DNA of 38,620 bases from a virus, in the UHGV virus genome UHGV-1367834, one strand, 5' to 3'. Shown piece after piece: positions 9,439 through 19,000 of this stretch; position 1 is the stretch's first letter; each line of letters opens with the position of its first letter. The notes below the pieces were generated by a model that searched no databases, was not told where the DNA came from, and saw only the letters and a list, made by a program, of their open reading frames with translations. The position numbers and the translations under genes are program-made.

Positions 9439-9669
9439 ATGATTACAGTATATACTAAAAACAATTGCATGCCTTGCAAAATGACAAAACGTAAATTACA
9501 AGAGTTAGGAGTTACCTATAAAGAAATTAATGTAGATGAAAATTTGGAAGCATTAGAATTTTTAATGGAATACGGATTTCGTTCTTTACCAGTTGTGTTC
9601 AATGAAAATGGCGCACCTATGGTAACAGGTGGATATGCACCAAATATCTTAGAAACCATTGTTTCATAG
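9439..9669 (+). CDS. nrdH: NrdH-like glutaredoxin/thioredoxin-fold redoxin
   Basis: 76 aa with a CMPC active-site motif near the N-terminus, which is the size and layout of NrdH. Its start is coupled to the upstream gene. Confidence 0.75.
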   Translation: MITVYTKNNCMPCKMTKRKLQELGVTYKEINVDENLEALEFLMEYGFRSLPVVFNENGAPMVTGGYAPNILETIVS

Positions 9670-9673
9670 GTGC

Positions 9674-9755
9674 ATTCTAAGCACGTTTCAGATTCAAAGT
9701 AAGGTAATTATACATTAAAAAGCAAATAAAGACACCCTATATAGGGTGTCTTTTG
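9674..9755. repeat. copy A of the roughly 82-nt direct repeat flanking the lysis cassette
   Basis: ATTCTAAGCACGTTTCAGATTCAAAGTAAGGTAATTATACATTAAAAAGCAAATAAAGACACCCTATATAGGGTGTCTTTTG. Confidence 0.7.
9730..9755. terminator. bidirectional intrinsic terminator at the convergence of early (+) and late (-) transcription
   Basis: Perfect 11-bp stem AAAGACACCCT / AGGGTGTCTTT with loop ATAT, flanked by an A-run and a T-run. It sits between the nrdH-like stop and the endolysin stop. Confidence 0.7.
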
Positions 9756-9759
9756 TGTT

Positions 9760-10743
9760 TTATTGATATAATAAAGTGTTTTTGTTTTCAGTGAATAACC
9801 AAATGAACTCTTCTGGTAACTGTACATGAGATAATGTATAACCACCGTAAGGTGTTTGCTCTTGCACTACACCTACAGAATTAACTTGGAAATTGAAGTA
9901 ATCACCTACAGAAAGAACTTGGTCTTTGGTTGGTTGCCCAGTAGCTGGGTTTACTTTATCAACAACACTAACTGGAATACCGTTATCAGTCCAATTAAAG
10001 TCAATTTTACCTAAATGTTCGTTATAGATTTGCCACATTCCGTTTACATATTCCAACCCATCAACTCTATAGTTAAAACGTTGTTTTTGAGGTGTTACAC
10101 TTGGTTTAGATGGTTTGTTAGGTGTTGCTGGGTTTGACGGCTTAGAATCACCCTGAACACCATTTGCTAAGTCTTTAGCAAGTTGTGCTTTACTGATTCC
10201 CATTTCTGCTAAGTAACCATATGGGTCTGTGTGGTCACCCCATACATAATCTGATACCCATTTATGAGAGATAACACCTTTTTCCCAAACAGAAGAACCT
10301 TGGTCAAGTGTCATAGGAATACCAAACTTTTTACCCATGTCCCTTGTATAATCAATGTATGCTTTATAGTTCTTTTTGAACAATTCCTTATCATGTGTAT
10401 GTTGCAACTCAATTTGAATAGGTGCATATGGATTTGCATTACCAGCTCCCCATGAAATGTTGCCTTCTGGTGCAATCTTATAAACAATACCACCATCACC
10501 AACGATAGCTGTTGTATGTGCGTTAAACCAGTTATTTTTCATGTACGTTGCTTCATTTCTTCCTGTGGCACGTTCATTAGCAGTTTCATGTAAGATAATC
10601 TTATTAGGTACTGCAACCTGTCCTGAACCTTCCCAAGGACTTAAATTGAACTCGTTATTAACTTCATATGCGTTAGCTGTTTGCATTCCAGCAAATAAAC
10701 CAATGGTTGCTAATGCACCAAATAAAATACCTTTTAATTTCAT
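9760..10743 (-). CDS. endolysin: N-acetylmuramoyl-L-alanine amidase (amidase_2/PGRP-like) with an N-terminal signal peptide and a C-terminal cell-wall-binding region
   Basis: The N-terminus MKLKGILFGALATIGLFAGMQTANA looks like a Sec signal peptide. The amidase_2-like catalytic region follows, then a Pro/Ser/Lys linker (PSNPATPNKPSKPS) and a C-terminal domain. RBS GGAGGA. Confidence 0.8.
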   Translation of the reverse strand: MKLKGILFGALATIGLFAGMQTANAYEVNNEFNLSPWEGSGQVAVPNKIILHETANERATGRNEATYMKNNWFNAHTTAIVGDGGIVYKIAPEGNISWGAGNANPYAPIQIELQHTHDKELFKKNYKAYIDYTRDMGKKFGIPMTLDQGSSVWEKGVISHKWVSDYVWGDHTDPYGYLAEMGISKAQLAKDLANGVQGDSKPSNPATPNKPSKPSVTPQKQRFNYRVDGLEYVNGMWQIYNEHLGKIDFNWTDNGIPVSVVDKVNPATGQPTKDQVLSVGDYFNFQVNSVGVVQEQTPYGGYTLSHVQLPEEFIWLFTENKNTLLYQ

Positions 10744-10745
10744 AC

Positions 10746-10979
10746 TTATTTATCCTCCTTATTGTCTTTAATACCTTTTGTGGTTGGGTCTATAACTACT
10801 CCTAAAATACTTAACACAACGAATACCGCATTAACAACATCAATTAGTTGTTGGCTCAAACCAGTTAGGTTTGATAAGTCTAATCCAAAAATGTTTCCCA
10901 CAACTTGAATCAGAACAATTACTGCTGGAATTAAAGCAATCCAGAACGCTTTGTTTTTGATACGTGTTTTCCAATCCAT
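10746..10979 (-). CDS. holin
   Basis: The track ORF starts at a TTG at 11063. An internal ATG with RBS AAGGAGA gives a 77-aa protein (MDWKTRIKNKAFWIALIPAVIVLIQVVGNIFGL...) with two transmembrane segments and a charged C-terminus. This is the typical architecture of a small Gram-positive phage holin. Confidence 0.7.
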   Translation of the reverse strand: MDWKTRIKNKAFWIALIPAVIVLIQVVGNIFGLDLSNLTGLSQQLIDVVNAVFVVLSILGVVIDPTTKGIKDNKEDK

Positions 10980-10993
10980 TTTTAACACTCTCC

Positions 10994-11239
10994 TTATAAT
11001 ATAGTTATAATAGCACCAATAACAGCAACAATGATTGCCCCTGATACAGTGCGTGTTAGCCAAGTTAAACGGTCATTTATACTAGCAATATCTTTCTCAT
11101 TTTGAATTGAACGGTGATGGGTTTCACTCAATAAATTATTGTTTGCCTTTAATTCATTTTTCAAATCTGGAATACCTTCCAAGTTTGATTCAATTCTAGC
11201 TAGTTGCACTTTTATTTCCATAAAGTCCTTATCTTCCAT
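10994..11239 (-). CDS. XhlA-like lysis-associated membrane protein
   Basis: 81 aa with an N-terminal coiled-coil (LARIESNLEGIPDLKNELK) and a single C-terminal transmembrane segment (SGAIIVAVIGAIITIL), the layout of the XhlA family. It is adjacent to the holin and endolysin. Confidence 0.55.
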   Translation of the reverse strand: MEDKDFMEIKVQLARIESNLEGIPDLKNELKANNNLLSETHHRSIQNEKDIASINDRLTWLTRTVSGAIIVAVIGAIITIL

Positions 11240-11258
11240 GCCTACATCTCCCTATCTT

Positions 11259-11268
11259 ATTATAATCA
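11259..11268 (-). promoter_or_regulatory. -10 element (TGATTATAAT) upstream of the lysis cassette
   Basis: The reverse complement of ATTATAATCA reads TGATTATAAT, about 20 nt upstream of the XhlA-like ATG. There is a second TGCTATACT-like element at about 11285-11295. Confidence 0.4.
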
Positions 11269-11332
11269 CCGCCTTTCAGCTACTATTATAGTATAGCATT
11301 TAAATAAGGGAAATAGTGTGCTTCACAGGACG

Positions 11333-11415
11333 ATTCTAAGCGTTTTTCAGATTGAAAGTAAGGTGTTTGTACATTAAAATGCAAATAAAAACACCCCTGA
11401 AAAGAGGTGTTTTTA
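11333..11415. repeat. copy B of a roughly 82-nt direct repeat that includes a bidirectional terminator hairpin
   Basis: The sequence ATTCTAAGCGTTTTTCAGATTGAAAGTAAGGTGTTTGTACATTAAAATGCAAATAAAAACACCCCTGAAAAGAGGTGTTTTT aligns with 9674-9755 at roughly 80% over the first 55 nt. The hairpins differ in loop and stem sequence. Confidence 0.7.
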
Positions 11416-11416
11416 A

Positions 11417-11713
11417 CTATAGTAAATCGGAAAGTAACGCTTCTAATTTTGCTAGTCTTTCAGCCATTTCTTCCCTATTTGGTTCTGGTGGTTTATTGGC
11501 TTCTTCATCTAAAAACCTTTGGAAATCATTATTTGTATTTCTTGTCAATTCTTTACCATCATAATAATAATTATGGAAGTCAATCAACCCACCTTGCATT
11601 GATTTTGCGGTTGTAATATCAATGTCAACCGCAACTTGCCCTTCATTTGGTTCTGTTGAATAACCTGTTAAGAAACCAATTCTATCATTAATCCAAATTT
11701 TCAATTCTATCAT
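11417..11713 (-). CDS. hypothetical protein downstream of Tal
   Basis: The track ORF is 11417-11749. An internal ATG at about 11713 with a GAAAGG RBS lies just downstream of the Tal stop. I recognise no motif. Confidence 0.45.
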   Translation of the reverse strand: MIELKIWINDRIGFLTGYSTEPNEGQVAVDIDITTAKSMQGGLIDFHNYYYDGKELTRNTNNDFQRFLDEEANKPPEPNREEMAERLAKLEALLSDLL

Positions 11714-11718
11714 CCTTT

Positions 11719-13776
11719 CTACACTGAATATACACCTGTTAACACCCATTTTGCACCATTATTTTGTCCGTTATTTACAGTACCTCTGATAGTAGTTGTT
11801 GATACGTATACGTATTTAAATACAGTATCTGTTGCACCGCTACCAGTTCCAGCACCTTGTAACCTCATATTAATACCTTTTCCATTATTAAAGATTGCAT
11901 GAGCTTTAGGTACTAAGTAATATGTGTAATCCCATGCGTATGGTACACCTGCATTTGTGTCATATGGTTGCCACATGAATAACCATCCGACTGCTACTTC
12001 ATCCATACTCAATGTTGGTGTTATCACGTCAGTATTAGTTACCCATGAGTTACCACCGTACAACCTGCGTCCAGTATTTGCGAACTGCATTACTAATTCA
12101 GCAGTTAAGAAACCACTATTACCTTGTGTATCTAGTAATGACAACCCAGCTGGTGTAAGACTTGCATATTGGTTTACTGAACTGTCAGTATTTAGCACAC
12201 GTGTGTCAAAACCTTGTGAATATAACCTTGTTGAACCTGTTCTATTTGTTGTTAAGTTATTGTATTCAATTTCCATTTCACCGCCAGCAACTGTTGATAC
12301 GCCTTCTAATTGTTCGCCAGCTACTGTTGCTTTAAATGTATTCAAAAATTCAGAACCATTGATTGTAGAACCGTTCATTGTGATTGCGTTTAATGTTTCA
12401 ATGTTTAGCACAGCTTGGTCAATTGTTTGTTCAACCCATTCTGTTTTTAAATCGTCCCAAACTTTATAAGAAGTGATTTTTGGGTTATCTTTTACTTCAC
12501 GTGTTTCATAGTCACCTAGTCTTGCTATGGTTGGTTGCGGTACTGTTCCATCAACAACCCACCACATATCACCTTGTTTTGGGTTTACTGGCGGTTCTTC
12601 TTGTACAAATACACGTGGTATACTTCTAACCTTATTATTTATTTGGTCTGCTAACTTTCTTAAATCATCATTAATACCTGATTCTAAAACAACGAAATCA
12701 CTTAGTTGTGCTTCAACACTGTCTGTTGTATAATCATACTTCAATTCTTGAACACGTGATTTTAGATATAACTTTTCGTTTTCATCTACTAACTTAATAT
12801 AGTCACCTACTTGTAAATTGTAAGGTATATTGGCAATGTCAACTTCATATGCAACCAGTGGTTTTCCATAATCTTTTAGATGTTTAACTGCATAGTCACG
12901 CAACTTGTTTTGTGCTGTTGTTTCAAACTCTAATTGTTGTTGAAAATAGTTTGATTCGTTGTGCGTTCTTGACCAGTGCTTAACATTCTCTTTGTCGTAA
13001 ATATAGCCAGTTGCCTTATCTAAATAAAAGCGACCATTTGGGTCTACCCAATTATAACCAACTAAATCAACAGGTTCTTCTTTACCCTCTGGAATACCAC
13101 CAACTGGTTTTATTGCATTAACCAGTTGGTAAATATCTTCTTTAGTAGTTATTGAGTTAATATCTTTATTAACATAAAGTGTGTGTACTTCATCTGTACC
13201 ACGCTTCTTCTTAATATCAATATACCTACCTGTTAATTCATTACCTTTAAATGTAAACCTAAAATCAAGTTCTGCATTATCAAATTGCGTTGCTACTGAT
13301 TGAATACGTTCCAATGCTGTTGCTCCTGAATCCCATTCTAATGCTCTAGTTAGTCCAGATATTTCATTTATACCAACTTTGAAACCACTGCTTGATGTAA
13401 ATATTTCAATATAGTATTTGATGGGAAATGCTTTTGTTTCCTTGTGTTTACCAACATGTTGGTTTAAAAGGTCCAGTGAAGCATCTTCTAATTCCATACT
13501 GCGTGTTTGTGTCAATGGATTGTGTGTTGATTCTAAAATTGTCATCCATTCGTGCTTACCATTTAAGTCTTTATACAAAACATAGTTACCAACTTTGAAC
13601 ACATCTTTAGCAAGTGCGCTTGTTTCTGGTGTAAATGATATATCTAGGCTCATGCGTCTACTTGCAGTTGCTAAACTTATTGTATCCTCTGTTGATGTTA
13701 CTTTGAATTGAGTACCACCACTAGTTGATACAATATCTAGTAACTTAAATGTCCTATCTGTAATGTAAAAGTCCAT
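11719..13776 (-). CDS. tail-associated protein Tal (baseplate hub / tail fiber with probable receptor-binding C-terminus)
   Basis: 685 aa immediately after Dit. The N-terminal region is of the prophage-tail-endopeptidase/gp27-like type. RBS GGAGGTA. The position is canonical for a siphovirus. Confidence 0.65.
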   Translation of the reverse strand: MDFYITDRTFKLLDIVSTSGGTQFKVTSTEDTISLATASRRMSLDISFTPETSALAKDVFKVGNYVLYKDLNGKHEWMTILESTHNPLTQTRSMELEDASLDLLNQHVGKHKETKAFPIKYYIEIFTSSSGFKVGINEISGLTRALEWDSGATALERIQSVATQFDNAELDFRFTFKGNELTGRYIDIKKKRGTDEVHTLYVNKDINSITTKEDIYQLVNAIKPVGGIPEGKEEPVDLVGYNWVDPNGRFYLDKATGYIYDKENVKHWSRTHNESNYFQQQLEFETTAQNKLRDYAVKHLKDYGKPLVAYEVDIANIPYNLQVGDYIKLVDENEKLYLKSRVQELKYDYTTDSVEAQLSDFVVLESGINDDLRKLADQINNKVRSIPRVFVQEEPPVNPKQGDMWWVVDGTVPQPTIARLGDYETREVKDNPKITSYKVWDDLKTEWVEQTIDQAVLNIETLNAITMNGSTINGSEFLNTFKATVAGEQLEGVSTVAGGEMEIEYNNLTTNRTGSTRLYSQGFDTRVLNTDSSVNQYASLTPAGLSLLDTQGNSGFLTAELVMQFANTGRRLYGGNSWVTNTDVITPTLSMDEVAVGWLFMWQPYDTNAGVPYAWDYTYYLVPKAHAIFNNGKGINMRLQGAGTGSGATDTVFKYVYVSTTTIRGTVNNGQNNGAKWVLTGVYSV

Positions 13777-13805
13777 ACTATTACCTCCTAAATATTTATA
13801 TACTC

Positions 13806-13816
13806 ATTATAACACA
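13806..13816 (-). promoter_or_regulatory. extended -10 promoter (TGTGTTATAAT) for Tal
   Basis: The reverse complement of ATTATAACACA lies between the Dit terminator and the Tal RBS. Confidence 0.5.
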
Positions 13817-13842
13817 AAAACAAAGTGGTGTAAACCACTTTG
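13811..13842 (-). terminator. intrinsic terminator after Dit
   Basis: On the minus strand the hairpin CAAAGTGGTTTACACCACTTTG is followed by TTTTTGTGTT. It is preceded by three copies of AACATACCTA. Confidence 0.55.
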
Positions 13843-13857
13843 TATGTTGTAGGTATG

Positions 13858-15936
13858 TTATAGGTATGTTTGTTCTAAAATACAATTCACTTCTGGTTGT
13901 AGCGCCCATGATGAATAAAAAGGTAGTATCTCATGCTCACCAATTCCTAGTCTAAATGCCTCCCACTGGTTACCAACAACATTCAGTTCATTATTGATAG
14001 CCCCATTGATATATACGTTACGCGAGTATGTGTCTAACTCTACTAGGTCACCATCTTTATAATAGTTGCGTACATCTTGTATGTGTTTAACATTTAACCA
14101 TCTTAATTTAGCGTCTGTCACCATTAACTTATTTGCCATGAAATTACTATATTGTTTAAACCATATTCCAAATTTATCAAGAGGTGATTTATCAGAAACA
14201 TTATATGTGAATATATAGTTGTCACCAACAATACTATTGTCAGTTTTTGTATTAACACCTTTAATGCTTGCTAACCTCCATTTAATATAGGTTTCAGTGC
14301 GTTCTATATTTATTTCATATTTACCTGCGCCAAATTTCTTTTTGTCTAATGTATATTCGTGTACCTTTTTACCCATATACCAACATTCCATTATAGTGTA
14401 ATTTCCACGTTGCGTTGAATCTCTGAAAAGCGTGTTAATGACTGGATTTCCACTTGTGTCACTAATCATAAATTCTAAATGTGCCATTGCTGGATTTTCT
14501 TTGTAATTTAGAAATACAAAACGAATGTTAGCAATAAATGATGCTGTTCTATCGTTTGTTGATGGTGCAGTAATTGGTACAACCGCAGTTGGACCATGCC
14601 AAACATCTGTTTTTTCGCTGGTAAACTCTGGTAATAGTGAGTCAACGTCTTTTGTCATGTTTAATGTACCATCAATTAAGTTTGGTGTATCTGGGTTGTT
14701 TAGATAATTAGGATATATACTGATGAAACCAGTGTTCTGCACCATGTTTTCTGGTAGGTTTGGTCCCCAAAAGTCTAACCACTGCACTGTTTCTGTTCTT
14801 GTCTGTTCTGTATAGTCAACTTCTTCTGGATTACCAAATTGTAAAATATCACCATTCTTATTTAATAAACCCACCATGCCATTATCACCATTCATTTTAA
14901 ATGAAAAGCGCGGATAGGCTTTATATGTTCCTTTGTTTGAAATTAACAATTCTTTTCGTAATTCAATTAATGATTTTTGATAAGGTATTGGGTCGCCCAT
15001 ATTAAACATAGGTTCGCAAATATCACCACTCACATGGTCACCATACAAACCAAAGTTAATAGACAAACCAACCGTATCTGGGCTTTTGATTGTAACTGTT
15101 TTTACATACTCCGTCCAATCTTTCACTTCGTTAGGCATTTGAATAACATGTGTATATGTTTTTCTGATTGGATTGTCTGCCCACTCTATCAAGATTAGTT
15201 CTGCCGTTTTGTCTGGTCTTACTTCATTATCAACTACATTTATACGTATTTTAGCACTAAAGGTTACTTTATCACCTACATTTAAATCTAAATTCATACG
15301 TCTGTTATATGCGTCATAAAAAAACCATGCTTGGTGAGGTGTGCTGTTGTCTGTATAATAAGCTGGTATACCAGCGGTAAAATCACAACTCAAAACATTT
15401 TGCCCAAAGTGTTGTTCTGGCGATAGTTGCGCCCATGGTTTATAGTATTGGTCTTTGCGTTCAAAATTTGAATCTAATACCATGTTACTATTTTTAGTTG
15501 TTACATTATTAAAATTTGAAGCTTCTACTTGATGTGCTAAAGCGTCAGGAACATCAAAAGTTAGTGTAAATGGTGTATACTTTGTGTCTGTAGCGTCATA
15601 CTCTTCTGTCCCTGTGAATATTGCATTAAAATATCTATCTGGCATTTGGTTCAATATAAGTCGTTTTGGTTCGTCTGAATTGATAATTTTAACTAATTCA
15701 TCTTTAGTTTCTGATACAGTCATACCACTGTTGTCTGATATAATGAAACCATCAATTGATATTGCATATTCACCTAATCTAGTGTTTCTAAAATGTTTAC
15801 CATCAGTATTTCCAACTGTGTAAAAATCATTGTCTTTTGACAGAAAAGGTACATTTACTTTTGCTATCTGAAATAGGTGACTTGTTTCTTTACCGTCAAA
15901 TGTAAAACTTCTCAAAAAATCATAGTTTTGTGCCAT
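13858..15936 (-). CDS. distal tail protein (Dit), long form probably carrying carbohydrate-binding insertions
   Basis: 692 aa directly after the tape measure protein and before Tal. RBS AAGGAGAA. The call rests on position and size. Confidence 0.55.
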   Translation of the reverse strand: MAQNYDFLRSFTFDGKETSHLFQIAKVNVPFLSKDNDFYTVGNTDGKHFRNTRLGEYAISIDGFIISDNSGMTVSETKDELVKIINSDEPKRLILNQMPDRYFNAIFTGTEEYDATDTKYTPFTLTFDVPDALAHQVEASNFNNVTTKNSNMVLDSNFERKDQYYKPWAQLSPEQHFGQNVLSCDFTAGIPAYYTDNSTPHQAWFFYDAYNRRMNLDLNVGDKVTFSAKIRINVVDNEVRPDKTAELILIEWADNPIRKTYTHVIQMPNEVKDWTEYVKTVTIKSPDTVGLSINFGLYGDHVSGDICEPMFNMGDPIPYQKSLIELRKELLISNKGTYKAYPRFSFKMNGDNGMVGLLNKNGDILQFGNPEEVDYTEQTRTETVQWLDFWGPNLPENMVQNTGFISIYPNYLNNPDTPNLIDGTLNMTKDVDSLLPEFTSEKTDVWHGPTAVVPITAPSTNDRTASFIANIRFVFLNYKENPAMAHLEFMISDTSGNPVINTLFRDSTQRGNYTIMECWYMGKKVHEYTLDKKKFGAGKYEINIERTETYIKWRLASIKGVNTKTDNSIVGDNYIFTYNVSDKSPLDKFGIWFKQYSNFMANKLMVTDAKLRWLNVKHIQDVRNYYKDGDLVELDTYSRNVYINGAINNELNVVGNQWEAFRLGIGEHEILPFYSSWALQPEVNCILEQTYL

Positions 15937-15968
15937 TTTTATTCTCCTTTATAATTTACTATACTAGT

Positions 15969-15979
15969 ATTATAACACA
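15969..15979 (-). promoter_or_regulatory. extended -10 promoter (TGTGTTATAAT) for Dit
   Basis: The reverse complement of ATTATAACACA lies between a hairpin after the tape-measure stop and the Dit RBS. Confidence 0.5.
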
Positions 15980-16014
15980 AAAGACAACCATTGTAAAGGG
16001 GTTGCCTTAATGTT

Positions 16015-19000
16015 TTAAATGTAACCTAAATTACGTCTGTTGTTCCGTTGCTGTGTATTATTTAGGTTGTTAAGTTCCTTGTTAAGCTTCTTACCGTCCA
16101 ATAACACATCTGTATTTTTAGCTAAGATAGCTTGTAGCAATTCGTTCTGTTGTTGCATTAAAGCAACCACTGTTGCTAAGTCTGTTGATGTTCCTTGCTT
16201 AGGTGTGTTGCGTTCTTCCTTCACTCCTAATGCTTGTTTAGCTTGGTTAAGTAATGCCATTGCTCTTCCTCGTTTAGCTGGTTCAGTTGGAATGATAAAT
16301 TCTGGATAGCCATTTTCAGCAAGTTTTGCAATTTGTGGACCTTTTGCAATACCACCATTATAATAACCTCTAATGCGTCCACCAGATGGACCCCAACCAG
16401 ATTTACCATAAGGTAAGTCTTGACGCCAGTTAGTATTGTTGAAGAATGCTAGTAATTGGTCATAACCTGAATAAATGTTACCATGTCCTTTTACCTTGTA
16501 TGCGTCAAACGTTTGTGGGATATATTGAAGCAAACCACGGGCTGGGTTTCCGCTTGCGGTGTTGACATCCCATACTGCTGAACTTTGAACAATCTTTTCA
16601 TTACCACCTGATTCACGTTGAATCTGCGCTAAGATACCGTTGATTTCACTTTCACTAGCATTTGCTCCCATTTCTTTGGAAGCTTTGATGACTAATGCAC
16701 GCCAGTTACCATCTACAGGACCGCTAACACGTTCTTCCTCTTCTTTCTTTTTGAATAAGGCTTTCACCTTTTCAGCAAATGCAGTTGTTGCTTTTGTTCC
16801 TAAACCTTTTGCCATGTCTAATGCTACGTGTGTTAGACCTCCTAAGTCCATTGCACCCATAATTGCATTTCGTGCTAAGTCTAACGGATTGCCTACCCAG
16901 TCCATAATATCACCAATGGTCTGTTTTACCTTGTTAATACCATTACCAACAAATGACTTAGTATTGTCCCACATGTTGCGAACACCGTCCATGAAACCAG
17001 TTCCTTTTTTATAGAATGGAATGCGCCCTTTTTGTCCTAATACCATTGATGTTTCTTTGGCATTTAGCACTTGTGTTCCAGCTGGTGCATTCATCATAAC
17101 GTTTCTACCTTTTGGAATCATTGCTTGACCGTTTGGTGCGATTACCATTTCAGCACCACCGCCGTCATTTACAACCATAGGTCCGCCAATGTGTCCTTCA
17201 GTACCGTTTGCATACTGTGGTACGTCCCATTTAGGAATTTGAGGTGCGCCAAACTTTTCTAACACCCAGTTAGCACCGCCAATGATACCATTTACTGGAC
17301 CACCAATTGCACTCAATACCTTATTGAAAATACCTTTAAATGCACCAGTAACATGACCAGCGCCCTTAGCAATTGCGTCACCTAGACGTCCTGGCAACCC
17401 AGTGAACCACTTGATAATTGTATCAATACCACGGCTAAACACCCCTTTTATGTCACCCCAAAGGGTTTTCATAGTACCTGTAAGTCCACTTTTTAAGTTA
17501 CCGCCAATACCTGTAACCCTACTAAACCAGCGCCATACATCATCAATTATACCAGATATACCTTTTGAAAAGAAACCTTTGACTGCAGCCCACATTGTAG
17601 ACATACCTTCTTTAAATATGGTTCCAAACCCACCTGCACCTTTTAATATTTTACCAAAGAATGATAGGTTTATCCAGTTCCAAACAACTTGAATAGCCCC
17701 CCAGAATATTTTTTTAATACCTTCCCATATTCGGCTCCAATCTCCGTTGAATATACCTTCAAATACCTCAGTCAAGCCTTCAATAATATTGAAAAATCCA
17801 TCTACTAAACCAATAGCAGAGTCAACAAAACCAACCACAACCTCTATCGCTAATCCAAACAGTGGTGTTAGTTTTTCTAGCCAGAAACTAAGACCAGATA
17901 ATATGGTTTCACCATGTTCATCCCAGAACTTACTTATCTTATCAAATAATCCACCCAACTTATCTCCAAGTTCTTGAATCTTAGGCATTAGAATAGGTAT
18001 CAGTTCCTCGCTAACGTATTTAACAACTGTACTCATAATATCGCTAGCAATCTCAAAACTGGTGCTTAAATATCCACCTAGCTTTTCAAGAATAGGACCT
18101 GCATACTCCCACATTTTTTTTAATGCTGGCTCTATCTTTGGTAGAATTTTTTCTGTAAAGTTTGTAATAGCATCTGCCGCCTTACCAAACATTGGATTTA
18201 AGGAGATACCTATTTCATTCCCAACAGCCCTCAATGAGGACTTAAAGGCGTCCATTCCAGTTGTGTTACTCATTGCGTTGTTCATTGCGTCTTGTGCGCC
18301 TTCTACATTATCATATGCCATTGATGTGTTGTTTAATGACTTGATAACATTTAAGCTGTTATCTTCACCTAATGCGGACCAGATTGTACCAGCTTTATTC
18401 AGTGCTTCATATTGGTTTTCCATACCTCCAAAGTCACTAATCATTGAACGTATAACGTCCGCTTGTGTTGCTCCACCTTGTTGCCATTGTCTAAACAGTT
18501 CTTGTGTTTGACTGCTGAACATACCTATGTTGTCCTCAAAACGACCATCTGTTAATGAAATAGCCATTTCTTTGATTAAGTCATTGACTTTGTCTAAGTT
18601 GTATGCTCCACCATCTAAACCACTTTGTAACATGTCAAATGTTTGTTCTGCTGTGAAACCAGCTTGACCAAAAATCTGTGAGTATTCAGCCATGTTGTCG
18701 CCTAGTTCGTCTGTTTGGTCAAGTCCCATTTGTGCGCCACGTGCCATCAAGTCCCAAGCTTTGTCTGCGTCAATACCAAAGTTGGTCATCATTTTACCAA
18801 TACCACGAATGGTCTCGTTTACGTCTGCACCTGTATTTTTAGAAAATGCAATTGCATTACGTGTCATTCGTTGTAGCATGTCATCGTCCATGCCTTCCGC
18901 ACCCATTACATTTTGAACACGTATCATTGCTTCTGCTACTTCGTTGATGTCGTCTGAATAGCCTTCTGCAACTAATTGGTTAGCTAACCTTGAAACTGCT

